From the IMG/VR virus record IMGVR_UViG_3300037511_000359: 64,000 nt of DNA; one strand, written 5' to 3'. The notes beneath the pieces were generated by a model that was given only the letters and a program-made list of their open reading frames with translations, was not told where the DNA came from and searched no databases. Origin of the DNA: a virus. How positions within the stretch are numbered: the first letter of the stretch is position 1; every line of letters begins with the position of its first letter. Positions 44,087 to 52,248 of this stretch are shown here, piece after piece. The translations under genes and the position numbers were made by a program.

Positions 44087-44114
44087 ACAGTAACACATGG
44101 CGAGCGCAGGTCAA
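44087..44114 (-). promoter_or_regulatory. promoter, class C leader
   Basis: TTGACC-N16(ending TGTGT)-TACTGT followed by GCTAGCGTGGGAGAGCG. Confidence 0.65.
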
Positions 44115-44185
44115 GTAAGAATCGTGCGGTGCTGCGCGTAGGATACGGTGCGCAGAAGAATCGACAGAAGGTCTGCGATGAACGC

Positions 44186-44213
44186 TTGACTCTGTTATAC
44201 TCATGCATATAAT
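44186..44213 (+). promoter_or_regulatory. cassette promoter, class B
   Basis: TTGACT-CTGTTATACTCATGCA-TATAAT; AATCGAC upstream. Confidence 0.8.
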
Positions 44214-44255
44214 AGTTCTCAGATGCAGCGCGGTGCTGCGGAGGAGGATGCGGAG

Positions 44256-44576
44256 ATGAGCGAGATCAAGGTTGCTCGTAACCAGGTTGTATCGACTGTC
44301 GTGGCCACGTGGGACGCGGCGCTCGAGGCGATTGATGGGCGCGAGATCACGCTCGACGGCATCCACGGCACGCTCAAGGTCGATCGTTCTCGTCGGTTCG
44401 ATACCCGGGTGATGCACATGAAGTCCCCGAAGGGGCGGCGTACGGAGTCGTACCAGGAGACGCGTCGCCGTCTTCGCGACGACTGGGACAGCGACCTGAC
44501 TCAGGATGCTGAGACGTGCTGCGCCATTGTGCAGGCGCTTGGCGTAACTTTGGCCGTGAAGACGAGCGCGTCGTGA
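44256..44576 (+). CDS. hypothetical protein
   Basis: GGAG RBS; alternative start at 44223. Confidence 0.65.
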   Translation: MSEIKVARNQVVSTVVATWDAALEAIDGREITLDGIHGTLKVDRSRRFDTRVMHMKSPKGRRTESYQETRRRLRDDWDSDLTQDAETCCAIVQALGVTLAVKTSAS

Positions 44577-44842
44577 AAGACCCCGCGTCGATGACGCCTG
44601 GCGAGATCAACCGCGAGCTGGACCGCCTCGACGCGCGACGCTCGCGCAACACGGACGCGTTCATTGCGGCCGGGCGCGGCGAGGAGCGCCCGAGCGAGTA
44701 TCTGCGCAAGGACGATCCGCTGTCGCTCGAGGCGCGGGCGATCCACGACCGATCTAGCGCACTGCGTCGCGAGATCGATCGCCGCTACGGGCCGGGTGCA
44801 CCGAGCCGGCTGCCGCGTGGGTTCCGTGCGGTGCACGTGTAG
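44573..44842 (+). CDS. hypothetical protein
   Basis: GTGA coupling. Confidence 0.6.
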   Translation: MKDPASMTPGEINRELDRLDARRSRNTDAFIAAGRGEERPSEYLRKDDPLSLEARAIHDRSSALRREIDRRYGPGAPSRLPRGFRAVHV

Positions 44843-44888
44843 GCGATCGTGGTCGAGCGAGAATCGACCGACCAGTCGCAACGAGCTC

Positions 44889-44916
44889 TTGACGTTCGTC
44901 TACGTATGCATATACT
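44889..44916 (+). promoter_or_regulatory. cassette promoter, class B (leaderless)
   Basis: TTGACG-TTCGTCTACGTATGCA-TATACT-N7-ATG(44924). Confidence 0.85.
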
Positions 44917-44923
44917 AGTATCT

Positions 44924-45106
44924 ATGAACAGCGAGACGCAGACGGTGACCCTGACCAACGGACGCAAGACGATCGCCTTCGACATCGTGAAGGGCAGCGA
45001 CAAGGCGACGAAGCGCTGGAGCATCGTGAAGGAAGAGATGCACATCGACGCCGCGCGCGCTGAGATGCGCCGACTGATGCGCAAGGGCTACACGGTCGCG
45101 ACGTGA
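44924..45106 (+). CDS. small protein, paralog family member 1 (WGR-like C-terminus)
   Basis: ...IDAARAEMRRLMRKGY; hairpin at 45114-45138 follows. Confidence 0.7.
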   Translation: MNSETQTVTLTNGRKTIAFDIVKGSDKATKRWSIVKEEMHIDAARAEMRRLMRKGYTVAT

Positions 45107-45151
45107 GGCAATAGTGGGCCCGCGGAGAGCGGGCCCGCTGTGAGGCAAGCC

Positions 45152-45292
45152 ATGTTCCTCGACATGCTGGACGATGCAGAGCCGTGCGACCTCACGGCGC
45201 TCGCGGTGATGGGCAGCGCGCCGGAGCGAGCCGCGGCGCTCGATGAGTTGGCACGAAGGCTGCTGGACTGCGACACTGAGCCGGTTCCGTAG
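45152..45292 (+). CDS. 46-aa protein ending in DCDTEPVP (repeat-encoded)
   Basis: Hand translation; C-terminus lies inside the 124-bp repeat. Confidence 0.5.
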   Translation: MFLDMLDDAEPCDLTALAVMGSAPERAAALDELARRLLDCDTEPVP

Positions 45293-45388
45293 CGGCGCCA
45301 CGCGCGAGTACGAAAATCGACCGAGCGAAGCGAGATAGTTGTTGACGTCGGTCTACGGATGCATATAATCGTCAGTATGAAGACGACG
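45265..45388 (+). repeat. 124-bp perfect direct repeat, copy 1 (contains a class B promoter)
   Basis: Identical base by base to 47101-47224; promoter TTGACG(45342)-N16-TATAAT(45364)-N7-ATG(45377). Confidence 0.95.
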
Positions 45389-45601
45389 GCGAGCAAGATG
45401 ATCAGCGGGGCGGCGTACGTGGCAGTGCAGGCGGACCTCGCCTCGCGAGAGGGCGCGGTGAGCGCGCGGCTGGCGCACCTGTTCTTCCAGTGCGCCTGCA
45501 TCGAGGGGCAGAGGACGTTCGAGGAGTGGGAAGCGCTGGTCGTGAAGGCGATGGATGCCGAGGTCAGCGTGGCGGAAGTCCTGAAATACGACGAGGGGTG
45601 A
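45377..45601 (+). CDS. hypothetical protein (leaderless)
   Basis: ATG at +1; hairpin at 45620-45653 follows. Confidence 0.7.
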   Translation: MKTTASKMISGAAYVAVQADLASREGAVSARLAHLFFQCACIEGQRTFEEWEALVVKAMDAEVSVAEVLKYDEG

Positions 45602-45671
45602 GAGGAAGCAAGGGCGCGGCAAGGCCGCCCACCCGAGAGGGTGAGGCGGCTTGGGCCGTTGGGAGGATTCG

Positions 45672-46166
45672 ATGACGACGACCGATACGATCCTGATCAA
45701 GAAGGTCCATGGGCGCATGTTCGGCGTGGAGGTGTCGGAGCCTAGGCGCGTTGGCGAACTCGCCAACGGAGCAGCCGGCTACGAGGCGGAGGTTGCTTTC
45801 TACCGCGAGGGGGCGCGCGTGGGCTCCGGCCGGTGGGATGTGGAGGGGTTCGAGGGCTGCGTAGGCCTCGATGGGCGCCCGTTGGATCTGTTCCCCAGCG
45901 GCGACGAGGGCGATGTGTACTACGCCTTGGCCACCGAGGTGCGTGGCTACCTCTCCAGGCTCGCGAAGCCGGAGCGCGTGGAGCCGGATCAACCCTGGCG
46001 CGTCAACGGCGAGGTCAGGAGCCTCGAGGTGATGAGCGTGGACGGCGATGAGGCGACCCTTCGGGTCCGAGCACTCGGCACGGGCAAGTGGGCAATGTGG
46101 GGCCGAGCGCCCGTAAGCAGTATGCTCACTTGCCGGTCCTGGACATCCATTGGCAAACGGAGCTAA
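45672..46166 (+). CDS. hypothetical protein
   Basis: GGAGG RBS; hairpin at 46175-46192 follows. Confidence 0.65.
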   Translation: MTTTDTILIKKVHGRMFGVEVSEPRRVGELANGAAGYEAEVAFYREGARVGSGRWDVEGFEGCVGLDGRPLDLFPSGDEGDVYYALATEVRGYLSRLAKPERVEPDQPWRVNGEVRSLEVMSVDGDEATLRVRALGTGKWAMWGRAPVSSMLTCRSWTSIGKRS

Positions 46167-46274
46167 TTGTACTCGGCGGGCTTGCGCCCGCCAGGCTATC
46201 GCGTTACATGAGAAGCGCTGCCGGGGGATGACCGGAGCGCGAACGCTGCGGCGTTGCCGCACAGGAGTCCCCGC

Positions 46275-46547
46275 ATGATGCCTAACATCAAGGTTGGTCG
46301 CTACGAGTCTACCGAGGTCGTGGCCCTTGGATGGGTTGGATGGCTGGAACCAGCCGACAAGGGCTGGATCGTGTTTGTAGACACGCAGCACAGACCGCAC
46401 GTTTACCTTAACCGCGATACGGTAACAGGCGCAGTATTGCCGGACGATCCCGTCGCGCGCGATGAGGACCGTCGCGCACTGGCCGTATCGCCGCATCTCG
46501 CCGATTCATGGCCCGGTGGCCCGAGCAGGAAGCCGCCGACATGGTGA
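46275..46547 (+). CDS. hypothetical protein
   Basis: AGGAG RBS; GWVGWLEP.DKGWIVFVD. Confidence 0.6.
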   Translation: MMPNIKVGRYESTEVVALGWVGWLEPADKGWIVFVDTQHRPHVYLNRDTVTGAVLPDDPVARDEDRRALAVSPHLADSWPGGPSRKPPTW

Positions 46548-47128
46548 AGTGTATGATCGTATCGATTGCGCGGTGCGCCACGTTTGCATGCGCGGGTGCG
46601 GCGCTGGGCGGGTGCGGCTTACTGCATCCCGACTACGACCCGTGTCCGAGCGACGGCACAGGCACACCGACGCCAGGACCCATCATAGAACCCGCGAGCG
46701 TCGGCGCTGGCGATAACGGCGTCGCCGAGCGCTACAGGAAGCTGCCAAACGGCACCGTGTGCGTCTGCGGCGAGTACGAGATCGGGTGCCACGAGACGCC
46801 GGAGGGCGCTGAGTCGTCAATGTCCTGCGGCTACGACGCCCAGGGACAGCCGGATTGCATTCCCGTAGTCAGGCCGCCGGACCCAAGTGTCCGGTGGGAC
46901 AACGAGAAGGGGGAGTGGGTGGATGACGCGGCGGGGCCCATGTCCAAGTGGTCGTGTTCATTCTCGGTAGTTCTTCGCCGGGACGGTTCGTCTAGAGACG
47001 ATGTGCGCATCCGGCAGGCGCAGTCATACACAAGGGCCAACCTGGCTCACTTCGCATGGTGCGCGAGGAAGACCGACCAATGGTTCGAGTACAAGTGCAA
47101 GGACTGCGACACTGAGCCGGTTCCGTAG
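46541..47128 (+). CDS. Cys-rich lipoprotein
   Basis: Signal peptide with LGGC lipobox; multiple Cys; ends in DCDTEPVP inside repeat copy 2. Confidence 0.65.
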   Translation: MVKCMIVSIARCATFACAGAALGGCGLLHPDYDPCPSDGTGTPTPGPIIEPASVGAGDNGVAERYRKLPNGTVCVCGEYEIGCHETPEGAESSMSCGYDAQGQPDCIPVVRPPDPSVRWDNEKGEWVDDAAGPMSKWSCSFSVVLRRDGSSRDDVRIRQAQSYTRANLAHFAWCARKTDQWFEYKCKDCDTEPVP

Positions 47129-47224
47129 CGGCGCCACGCGCGAGTACGAAAATCGACCGAGCGAAGCGAGATAGTTGTTGACGTCGGTCTACGGATGCAT
47201 ATAATCGTCAGTATGAAGACGACG
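47101..47224 (+). repeat. 124-bp perfect direct repeat, copy 2 (contains a class B promoter)
   Basis: Identical to 45265-45388; TTGACG(47178)-N16-TATAAT(47200)-N7-ATG(47213). Confidence 0.95.
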
Positions 47225-47422
47225 CGCAAGACGAACCGCCCCGCGAACCTGAACGTTGTAAAACTGGTCGACGGCGACCGCTGGGTCCAGTTCGAGACCA
47301 GCAAGGGTCGCCTGACCGCGTGGATGACGAACAGCGCGGGCGAGGAGTGCGCGGTCGCGCTGGACGTGGCGCGCGAGCGGATGGCGACGCTGACGGGCGC
47401 GGGGTGGAGCGTGGCGGCGTGA
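47213..47422 (+). CDS. small protein, paralog family member 2
   Basis: ...LDVARERMATLTGAGW; hairpin at 47432-47459 follows. Confidence 0.7.
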   Translation: MKTTRKTNRPANLNVVKLVDGDRWVQFETSKGRLTAWMTNSAGEECAVALDVARERMATLTGAGWSVAA

Positions 47423-47483
47423 GGAGGGCACGGGCCTGCGTCGGTGACGACGCGGGCCCTGCGCGGCAAGCGAGGAGGCGACC

Positions 47484-47789
47484 ATGCGGAAGTTCAACAG
47501 CGGAAACGGGGCGGATGTGTGCGACTGGTGCGCAGCGATGCTGCGGGACGGCGGTCGCGTGGTGAAGGCGCACCGCGAGCTGCGCTCGCCTGGAGCGACG
47601 CTGCGCTACTGCGGCTGGCGCTGCATGGAGGAGCACGTCGACAGCGACGCTGGCATGCATCGTGCGTGGGCTCTAATGCTGGCACGGGAGGCGGAGCGGC
47701 TGCATCTGATCGCGGTGGCGCATCCGGAAGGTGACACGCTGACGCGTATGCAGAACCGGCTGTACAGCGTCGAGGTGAAGCCCGGCTGA
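47484..47789 (+). CDS. Zn-finger-like hypothetical protein
   Basis: CDWC...YCGWRC; GGAGG RBS. Confidence 0.65.
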   Translation: MRKFNSGNGADVCDWCAAMLRDGGRVVKAHRELRSPGATLRYCGWRCMEEHVDSDAGMHRAWALMLAREAERLHLIAVAHPEGDTLTRMQNRLYSVEVKPG

Positions 47790-47818
47790 TGAATCGACAT
47801 CGCCCGTGTCGATTCATC

Positions 47819-47846
47819 TTGCGTCAGTTCTACGTATGCATATACT
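47819..47846 (+). promoter_or_regulatory. cassette promoter, class B (leaderless)
   Basis: TTGCGT-CAGTTCTACGTATGCA-TATACT-N7-ATG(47854); preceded by an 11-bp inverted repeat ATGAATCGACA (47789-47817). Confidence 0.8.
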
Positions 47847-47853
47847 GGTCTCT

Positions 47854-48051
47854 ATGAACGACGCGACGATGCAGATGGTTCGGATGATCAGCGGCAAGAC
47901 GGTGCGCACCTACACCATCACGAAGGGCATGCCGGTTGCCACGATGTGGAGCCGAGCCACCGGCGACGTGGTGATGGCGCTCGATGCGGCGCGTGAGGAG
48001 AGCGCGTCGCTCCTCGGCAGCGGGTGGTCGATGCTGCCGAGCGCGCTGTGA
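47854..48051 (+). CDS. small protein, paralog family member 3
   Basis: ...LDAAREESASLLGSGW; perfect 11-bp hairpin at 48063-48088 follows. Confidence 0.7.
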   Translation: MNDATMQMVRMISGKTVRTYTITKGMPVATMWSRATGDVVMALDAAREESASLLGSGWSMLPSAL

Positions 48052-48098
48052 GATGAGGCGGGACAGCCGGCGCTGAGGCGCCGGCTGTGGAGGCGAGG

Positions 48099-48341
48099 AT
48101 GAAGATTGAGAGAAGTGATGTGAGCGACATGAGCCGGGTGACCGCGAAGGTCATTGCGGAGCGCGTGCCGGATCCCAACGGCTGGAACCTGGCGGTGCGC
48201 GGCATCGCCGATCGGCTCCGCCTCGACGTGACGCGCATCGCCTTCGGTTCGGTGTTACGTGACACATGCTACGCGGTGACGGAAGAGGCCTACAAGCAGG
48301 GACGCACGGTCGACCAGTTCTGGCAGGCGGTGAACGCGTGA
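48099..48341 (+). CDS. hypothetical protein
   Basis: GGAGG RBS. Confidence 0.6.
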   Translation: MKIERSDVSDMSRVTAKVIAERVPDPNGWNLAVRGIADRLRLDVTRIAFGSVLRDTCYAVTEEAYKQGRTVDQFWQAVNA

Positions 48342-49036
48342 CTACCTCCCGAACTCAACGCCCGCGCGGCGACACGTCCACCGCGCGCGTCTTCGACGCG
48401 CTGCAGGCGCTCGCCGTGAAGCACGGCAGCATGGCCGCGGCGGCGCGTATTGTCGGGTGCTCGCGCGAGACGGCGCGCCGGATCCTCACCGAGGACGCAG
48501 GCGCGTCGCCGGACCTCGCGCAGCGCATCCTGGAGGCCGCAGCGGACATGCCGCTGGCGGAGCCAGCGCCGTCCGATGGATCCACGCTCGACCGCATCGA
48601 GCGAGCCGCGGAGGAGCGCCGCGCCGCCGCGGACGCGCTGCGCTACGAACCGCGACCTGCGACGGACGCGCACACGGCGAGCGCATCGCCGCTCGACACG
48701 CTCGCAGCTGTCGTCGCAACGCTGCTTGTGCGCCATACGACTGACCCCATCGCGGAGATCGACCCGAAGCGCGTCGGCTGTTTTGCGCTCCGCGTGGAGC
48801 GTCACGCGCTGTCGCTGCTGCTCCAGCGGTACGGCAACTGGAACCAGGTCGCGCTGGCGACGCGTGGCCGATCGGTGGGTAGTTCGATCCAGCGCAACGT
48901 TGAGCGGCATGCGTACCCGCATGAGCCGATGTCGCCGGAGCTGGCACGCGCGGTGCACGAGCTGCTGAACGAGGACACGGGCGCGTGGGCTGCGCTGCTC
49001 GACGCATTCGGAGAGGACGAGCACGCGGCGGAGTAG
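48338..49036 (+). CDS. protein with two HTH-like segments
   Basis: ALAVKHGSMAAAARIVGCSRETARRIL and LLLQRYGNWNQVALATRG...SIQRNV. Confidence 0.6.
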   Translation: MTTSRTQRPRGDTSTARVFDALQALAVKHGSMAAAARIVGCSRETARRILTEDAGASPDLAQRILEAAADMPLAEPAPSDGSTLDRIERAAEERRAAADALRYEPRPATDAHTASASPLDTLAAVVATLLVRHTTDPIAEIDPKRVGCFALRVERHALSLLLQRYGNWNQVALATRGRSVGSSIQRNVERHAYPHEPMSPELARAVHELLNEDTGAWAALLDAFGEDEHAAE

Positions 49037-49080
49037 GACACGGTGCGCTAAAGAATCGACGCCGTGGCTTCGACGAGAAC

Positions 49081-49108
49081 TTGACTCTGTTATACGTATG
49101 CATATAAT
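49081..49108 (+). promoter_or_regulatory. cassette promoter, class B (leaderless)
   Basis: TTGACT-CTGTTATACGTATGCA-TATAAT-N7-ATG(49116); near-identical to 44186. Confidence 0.85.
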
Positions 49109-49115
49109 CCTGAGT

Positions 49116-49436
49116 ATGCAGACGACGACGGAGCAGGGGCAGGCGGTTGCGAAGACGATCCTTGAGCAGCTTGGCGCAGCGGTCCGCATGGAGCTCGCGG
49201 TCAAGCAGTCGCTCTCGCTGACGGAGCAGCGTGGCGGCATCGTGATGCACCTCGTGGGGTGCCGTGCCACGTCGGGCAAGCGCGTGAAGATCGTGCTGAC
49301 GGACGAGGACCTGTACGACATCGAGGTGTCGAAACTGAACAAACGCACCTTTGATCTGAAGGTCCTCGGCGAGGCGCGCGGAGTCGGCTGCGAGCAACTC
49401 CGCGAGACGGCGCTGCGCCTCGCGTTCGGCGAGTGA
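49116..49436 (+). CDS. hypothetical phage protein
   Basis: AKTILEQLG...DLYDIEV...VGCEQL pattern; leaderless. Confidence 0.7.
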   Translation: MQTTTEQGQAVAKTILEQLGAAVRMELAVKQSLSLTEQRGGIVMHLVGCRATSGKRVKIVLTDEDLYDIEVSKLNKRTFDLKVLGEARGVGCEQLRETALRLAFGE

Positions 49437-49493
49437 GCGGAGGTGTACGCGTCGGTCCGTCAAAAAAACACTACGAGCCGTCGCAGCGAGCTC

Positions 49494-49521
49494 TTGACGT
49501 CGTTCTACGAATGCATATACT
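49494..49521 (+). promoter_or_regulatory. cassette promoter, class B (leaderless)
   Basis: TTGACG-TCGTTCTACGAATGCA-TATACT-N7-ATG(49529); upstream flank near-identical to 44889. Confidence 0.85.
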
Positions 49522-49528
49522 CATCTCT

Positions 49529-49735
49529 ATGAACAACGTCGCCGCCAACAAGACCAGCAAGATCAACGTACGCCGCTTCGAGAAGGGTGATAGCTACGTG
49601 CAGTTCACGTTCGAGGGCGCGTACGCGAAGATGCGCAGCACGCTGCTGGAGCGTGCGGAGATGACCCGCACGGTGGCGCTCGACAGCATCGCGCGCCTCG
49701 AGGCGGACGGGTGGGTCGAGACGGACGCGTGCTGA
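49529..49735 (+). CDS. small protein, paralog family member 4
   Basis: ...VALDSIARLEADGW; hairpin at 49751-49775 follows. Confidence 0.7.
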   Translation: MNNVAANKTSKINVRRFEKGDSYVQFTFEGAYAKMRSTLLERAEMTRTVALDSIARLEADGWVETDAC

Positions 49736-49793
49736 GGTAGCGCGGCGTAGGCCGGCACCCGCGAGGGTCGCCGGCTTGCGTCGGTAGGAGGGT

Positions 49794-50030
49794 GTGGAGA
49801 TGACTAGCCATAGAGCGAAGATGAGCGACGCGGCGCTTGCCGAGATGAGAGAACTGGCAATCACAGATGGACAAAGGCTTGCTCAGAAGATGTTTGACAA
49901 GCGAGGAAAGGGTCAGACGCGAACCGAGATCCATGTCGATCAGGCTACGCTGGCCGCAATGCTTGCGATTGCCTTCGAGCGCGGGTACGAAGCGAGGGAC
50001 GCCAAGCCGTCCGATGGCGGACAGCAATGA
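49794..50030 (+). CDS. hypothetical protein
   Basis: GGAGG RBS. Confidence 0.6.
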   Translation: MEMTSHRAKMSDAALAEMRELAITDGQRLAQKMFDKRGKGQTRTEIHVDQATLAAMLAIAFERGYEARDAKPSDGGQQ

Positions 50031-50263
50031 CCCGCCTCGACATCGCCCGCCTCCTCGCCACCGCGGAGCGCGCAGCAGCGCTGGCGCTCGCCAGCGCCGA
50101 CGCTGCAGAGTGCTGCGCGTACACCGCGGCCGGGACCGACGCGCTGGAGAGCGCGGTGCTCAGCGCGACCGACGACCTGGCACAGCGCGTGCAGGAGATC
50201 GCGGCGAGCATCGGCGATCGGCTGATCCGCGCGGCCGGTCGATTTTGTTGCGCGCACAGTTGA
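50027..50263 (+). CDS. Ala-rich hypothetical protein
   Basis: ATGA coupling. Confidence 0.5.
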   Translation: MTRLDIARLLATAERAAALALASADAAECCAYTAAGTDALESAVLSATDDLAQRVQEIAASIGDRLIRAAGRFCCAHS

Positions 50264-50287
50264 CACCTGAGAGCTAGGTGATATTGT
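50260..50287 (+). promoter_or_regulatory. promoter, class C leader
   Basis: TTGACA-N16-TATTGT followed by ACTAGCGTGGTAGAGCGCGTCCGCGATG. Confidence 0.65.
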
Positions 50288-50312
50288 ACTAGCGTGGTAG
50301 AGCGCGTCCGCG

Positions 50313-50543
50313 ATGGCGCGCGGAGGGAGTAAGGGTGTCGTAGTGGGTACGATGTACAACACCGAGACCAACAGGACTTGTCCGCTGCGCGATGTGCTCG
50401 GCGTCGCGTCCGGTGACGGGCTGACTCCGCCGCTCTTCATCTACCTGCGGCTTTCTTGCGGTCACTGGGATAGCCGATACGCGTGCAGGCCGATCCGGAA
50501 GAAGGCGCGCTGCCTCTCGTGTCGCGACGAGAGGCGTCCGTGA
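50313..50543 (+). CDS. small Cys/His protein
   Basis: LRLSCGH...ARCLSC; start uncertain. Confidence 0.55.
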   Translation: MARGGSKGVVVGTMYNTETNRTCPLRDVLGVASGDGLTPPLFIYLRLSCGHWDSRYACRPIRKKARCLSCRDERRP

Positions 50544-50746
50544 CCCCTCCCCGCCGCCGTCCCCTCCCCTGCATGCTCGCAGAGGCGTCCTCGCGCCTCG
50601 CTGAGATCGCGCCTAGGCTCGGGCGCACCGATGGCCCGCCGCTCGTACCGACGCCGTACGAGCGCGCCCTGCGCCGGCGCGATCGGCTCGTGCCCGCCGC
50701 GGTGCGCGAGCGGCTGGAACTCGCGCGCATCGACCGCGCGTGGTGA
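50540..50746 (+). CDS. hypothetical protein
   Basis: GTGA coupling. Confidence 0.45.
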   Translation: MTPPRRRPLPCMLAEASSRLAEIAPRLGRTDGPPLVPTPYERALRRRDRLVPAAVRERLELARIDRAW

Positions 50747-50792
50747 GTCGACGTCGTGTAGGCGGCTGCGCGACCGATCTGCGAGATAGTGC

Positions 50793-50820
50793 TTGACTCC
50801 GGTCTACGGATGCATATGCT
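50793..50820 (+). promoter_or_regulatory. cassette promoter, class B (leaderless)
   Basis: TTGACT-CCGGTCTACGGATGCA-TATGCT-N7-ATG(50828). Confidence 0.85.
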
Positions 50821-50827
50821 AGTCTGT

Positions 50828-51304
50828 ATGAACAACGAGACGACGACCACCGATAGCAGCAAGGTTCATCCGTTCGAGCGCGCCGGCCTGGGCGTGGCGC
50901 CGTTCCGATTCGTCGGTTACTACGAGAGCAAGTTCCAGGCGATCCCAGGCGACCCCTCCTGCCCCGTTCTCCCTGGCTTGTCGTGCGACTTCTGCGGACA
51001 AGGCATCATGATCGTCTGCCAGATCCAGGATGCGCGCGGCGCACGCTTCAAGGTCGGGCAGGACTGCTGCCGCAGAACGAACGACGGGCGGCTCGTCGCG
51101 GCGGTCGAGAAGGTTCTCACCGATCGCGAGCGCGAGATCCGCAAGGCGCGTAGCGCGAAGCGCCGGACGCAGCGCCGCGCCAAGCCTGCGAGCAAGGCGC
51201 AGATCGAGTACGCGCGGAAGCTCGGCGCGAGCGACGCGGACCTGGACGGCGCAACAATCGACACCTGCTCCGCGCTGATCGAGCGTCTCCGATTCGTGCG
51301 ATGA
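50828..51304 (+). CDS. Zn-binding hypothetical phage protein
   Basis: HPFERAGLG.APF...CDFCGQGI...FKVGQDCC. Confidence 0.75.
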   Translation: MNNETTTTDSSKVHPFERAGLGVAPFRFVGYYESKFQAIPGDPSCPVLPGLSCDFCGQGIMIVCQIQDARGARFKVGQDCCRRTNDGRLVAAVEKVLTDREREIRKARSAKRRTQRRAKPASKAQIEYARKLGASDADLDGATIDTCSALIERLRFVR

Positions 51305-51315
51305 GCGCAGCCCGC

Positions 51316-51350
51316 CACCTACGTCCAGCGTGCGATACTGGACGTAGGTG
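51316..51350. terminator. perfect 13-bp hairpin (terminator / processing site candidate)
   Basis: CACCTACGTCCAG-N9-CTGGACGTAGGTG between a stop codon and the next promoter; no U-tract. Confidence 0.55.
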
Positions 51351-51378
51351 CGCCTGCGACCGATTCACGAAATGGTGC

Positions 51379-51406
51379 TTGACGATGGTCTACGAGTGTA
51401 TATACT
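51379..51406 (+). promoter_or_regulatory. cassette promoter, class B variant (leaderless)
   Basis: TTGACG-ATGGTCTACGAGTGTA-TATACT-N7-ATG(51414). Confidence 0.8.
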
Positions 51407-51413
51407 AACTCAT

Positions 51414-51695
51414 ATGAACAACGCGACGACGGTTGAGGCGATGCGGGCGGCTATGGCGAGCGGCGACTGCAAGGCGATCATCAAGCTGAGCTCGGGCACC
51501 GGCTGGTCGATCTGGAATGAGGCGATGAACGCGTACTACGCCCCGACGGGCACGCACCCGAGCTACTGCGACGCGAACGATCGCCCGTTGCCGGATACCC
51601 TGGTCCGGTTCCCCGACATCGCGCGTCGGATGCAGGAGGCGCGCGATCGGCTGCCGCACCTCGTCGATCGGCTGGAGCGCGACGGATGGTGCTGA
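51414..51695 (+). CDS. hypothetical protein (leaderless)
   Basis: ATG at +1. Confidence 0.7.
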   Translation: MNNATTVEAMRAAMASGDCKAIIKLSSGTGWSIWNEAMNAYYAPTGTHPSYCDANDRPLPDTLVRFPDIARRMQEARDRLPHLVDRLERDGWC

Positions 51696-52033
51696 AGCCT
51701 ACGAACGCAGCAGATCGGCTTCGCGCCCAGCGCGCGGAGCGTGCCGCGCAGATCGCCCGCGAGGACAGCGGCGAGGCGCGCGGCTTCCGGTACGCGATCG
51801 AGTGCGGGGTGGGATGGGTCGGTCCGTGGCATCTGCCCGGACCGCACGTGCACGACGACAGCTGCACGCATCGCGATCCGGTGATCTACGAGGGCGATCG
51901 CGAGAGCGCGCGGGCGCGAGCGCAGCGACACGCAGAGCGCAACCGGCTCGGCGGCGCGATCCATCACTCGCCGATGATCGTGCCGGAGTCGGAGATACAG
52001 CGGCGTGTCGCTGCGCGGAGGTGGGGACGATGA
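51686..52033 (+). CDS. hypothetical protein
   Basis: Overlaps the upstream stop; coupled to the next gene. Confidence 0.55.
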   Translation: MVLKPTNAADRLRAQRAERAAQIAREDSGEARGFRYAIECGVGWVGPWHLPGPHVHDDSCTHRDPVIYEGDRESARARAQRHAERNRLGGAIHHSPMIVPESEIQRRVAARRWGR

Positions 52034-52248
52034 AGACGATGCTGATGCTTGCCGCGCTCCTCGCGAGCGCGTTGCTGCTGACCGCGTGCCCGTTCACGGC
52101 GCGCGGTCGCGCACCGTGTCCAGCGTGCGATGAGGAGTGCGACGACCACGGCTGCAACGAGTGCCGAGCGAAGCACTGCCCGGACGCTGGCCCGGACGCC
52201 AGCGACGCGGTCGCACATGCTGCGACCGATCTGCGTGATCGTTGTTGA
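52030..52248 (+). CDS. putative Cys-rich lipoprotein
   Basis: MKTMLMLAALLASALLLTAC lipobox; CPAC...C..HGC..C. Confidence 0.6.
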   Translation: MKTMLMLAALLASALLLTACPFTARGRAPCPACDEECDDHGCNECRAKHCPDAGPDASDAVAHAATDLRDRC

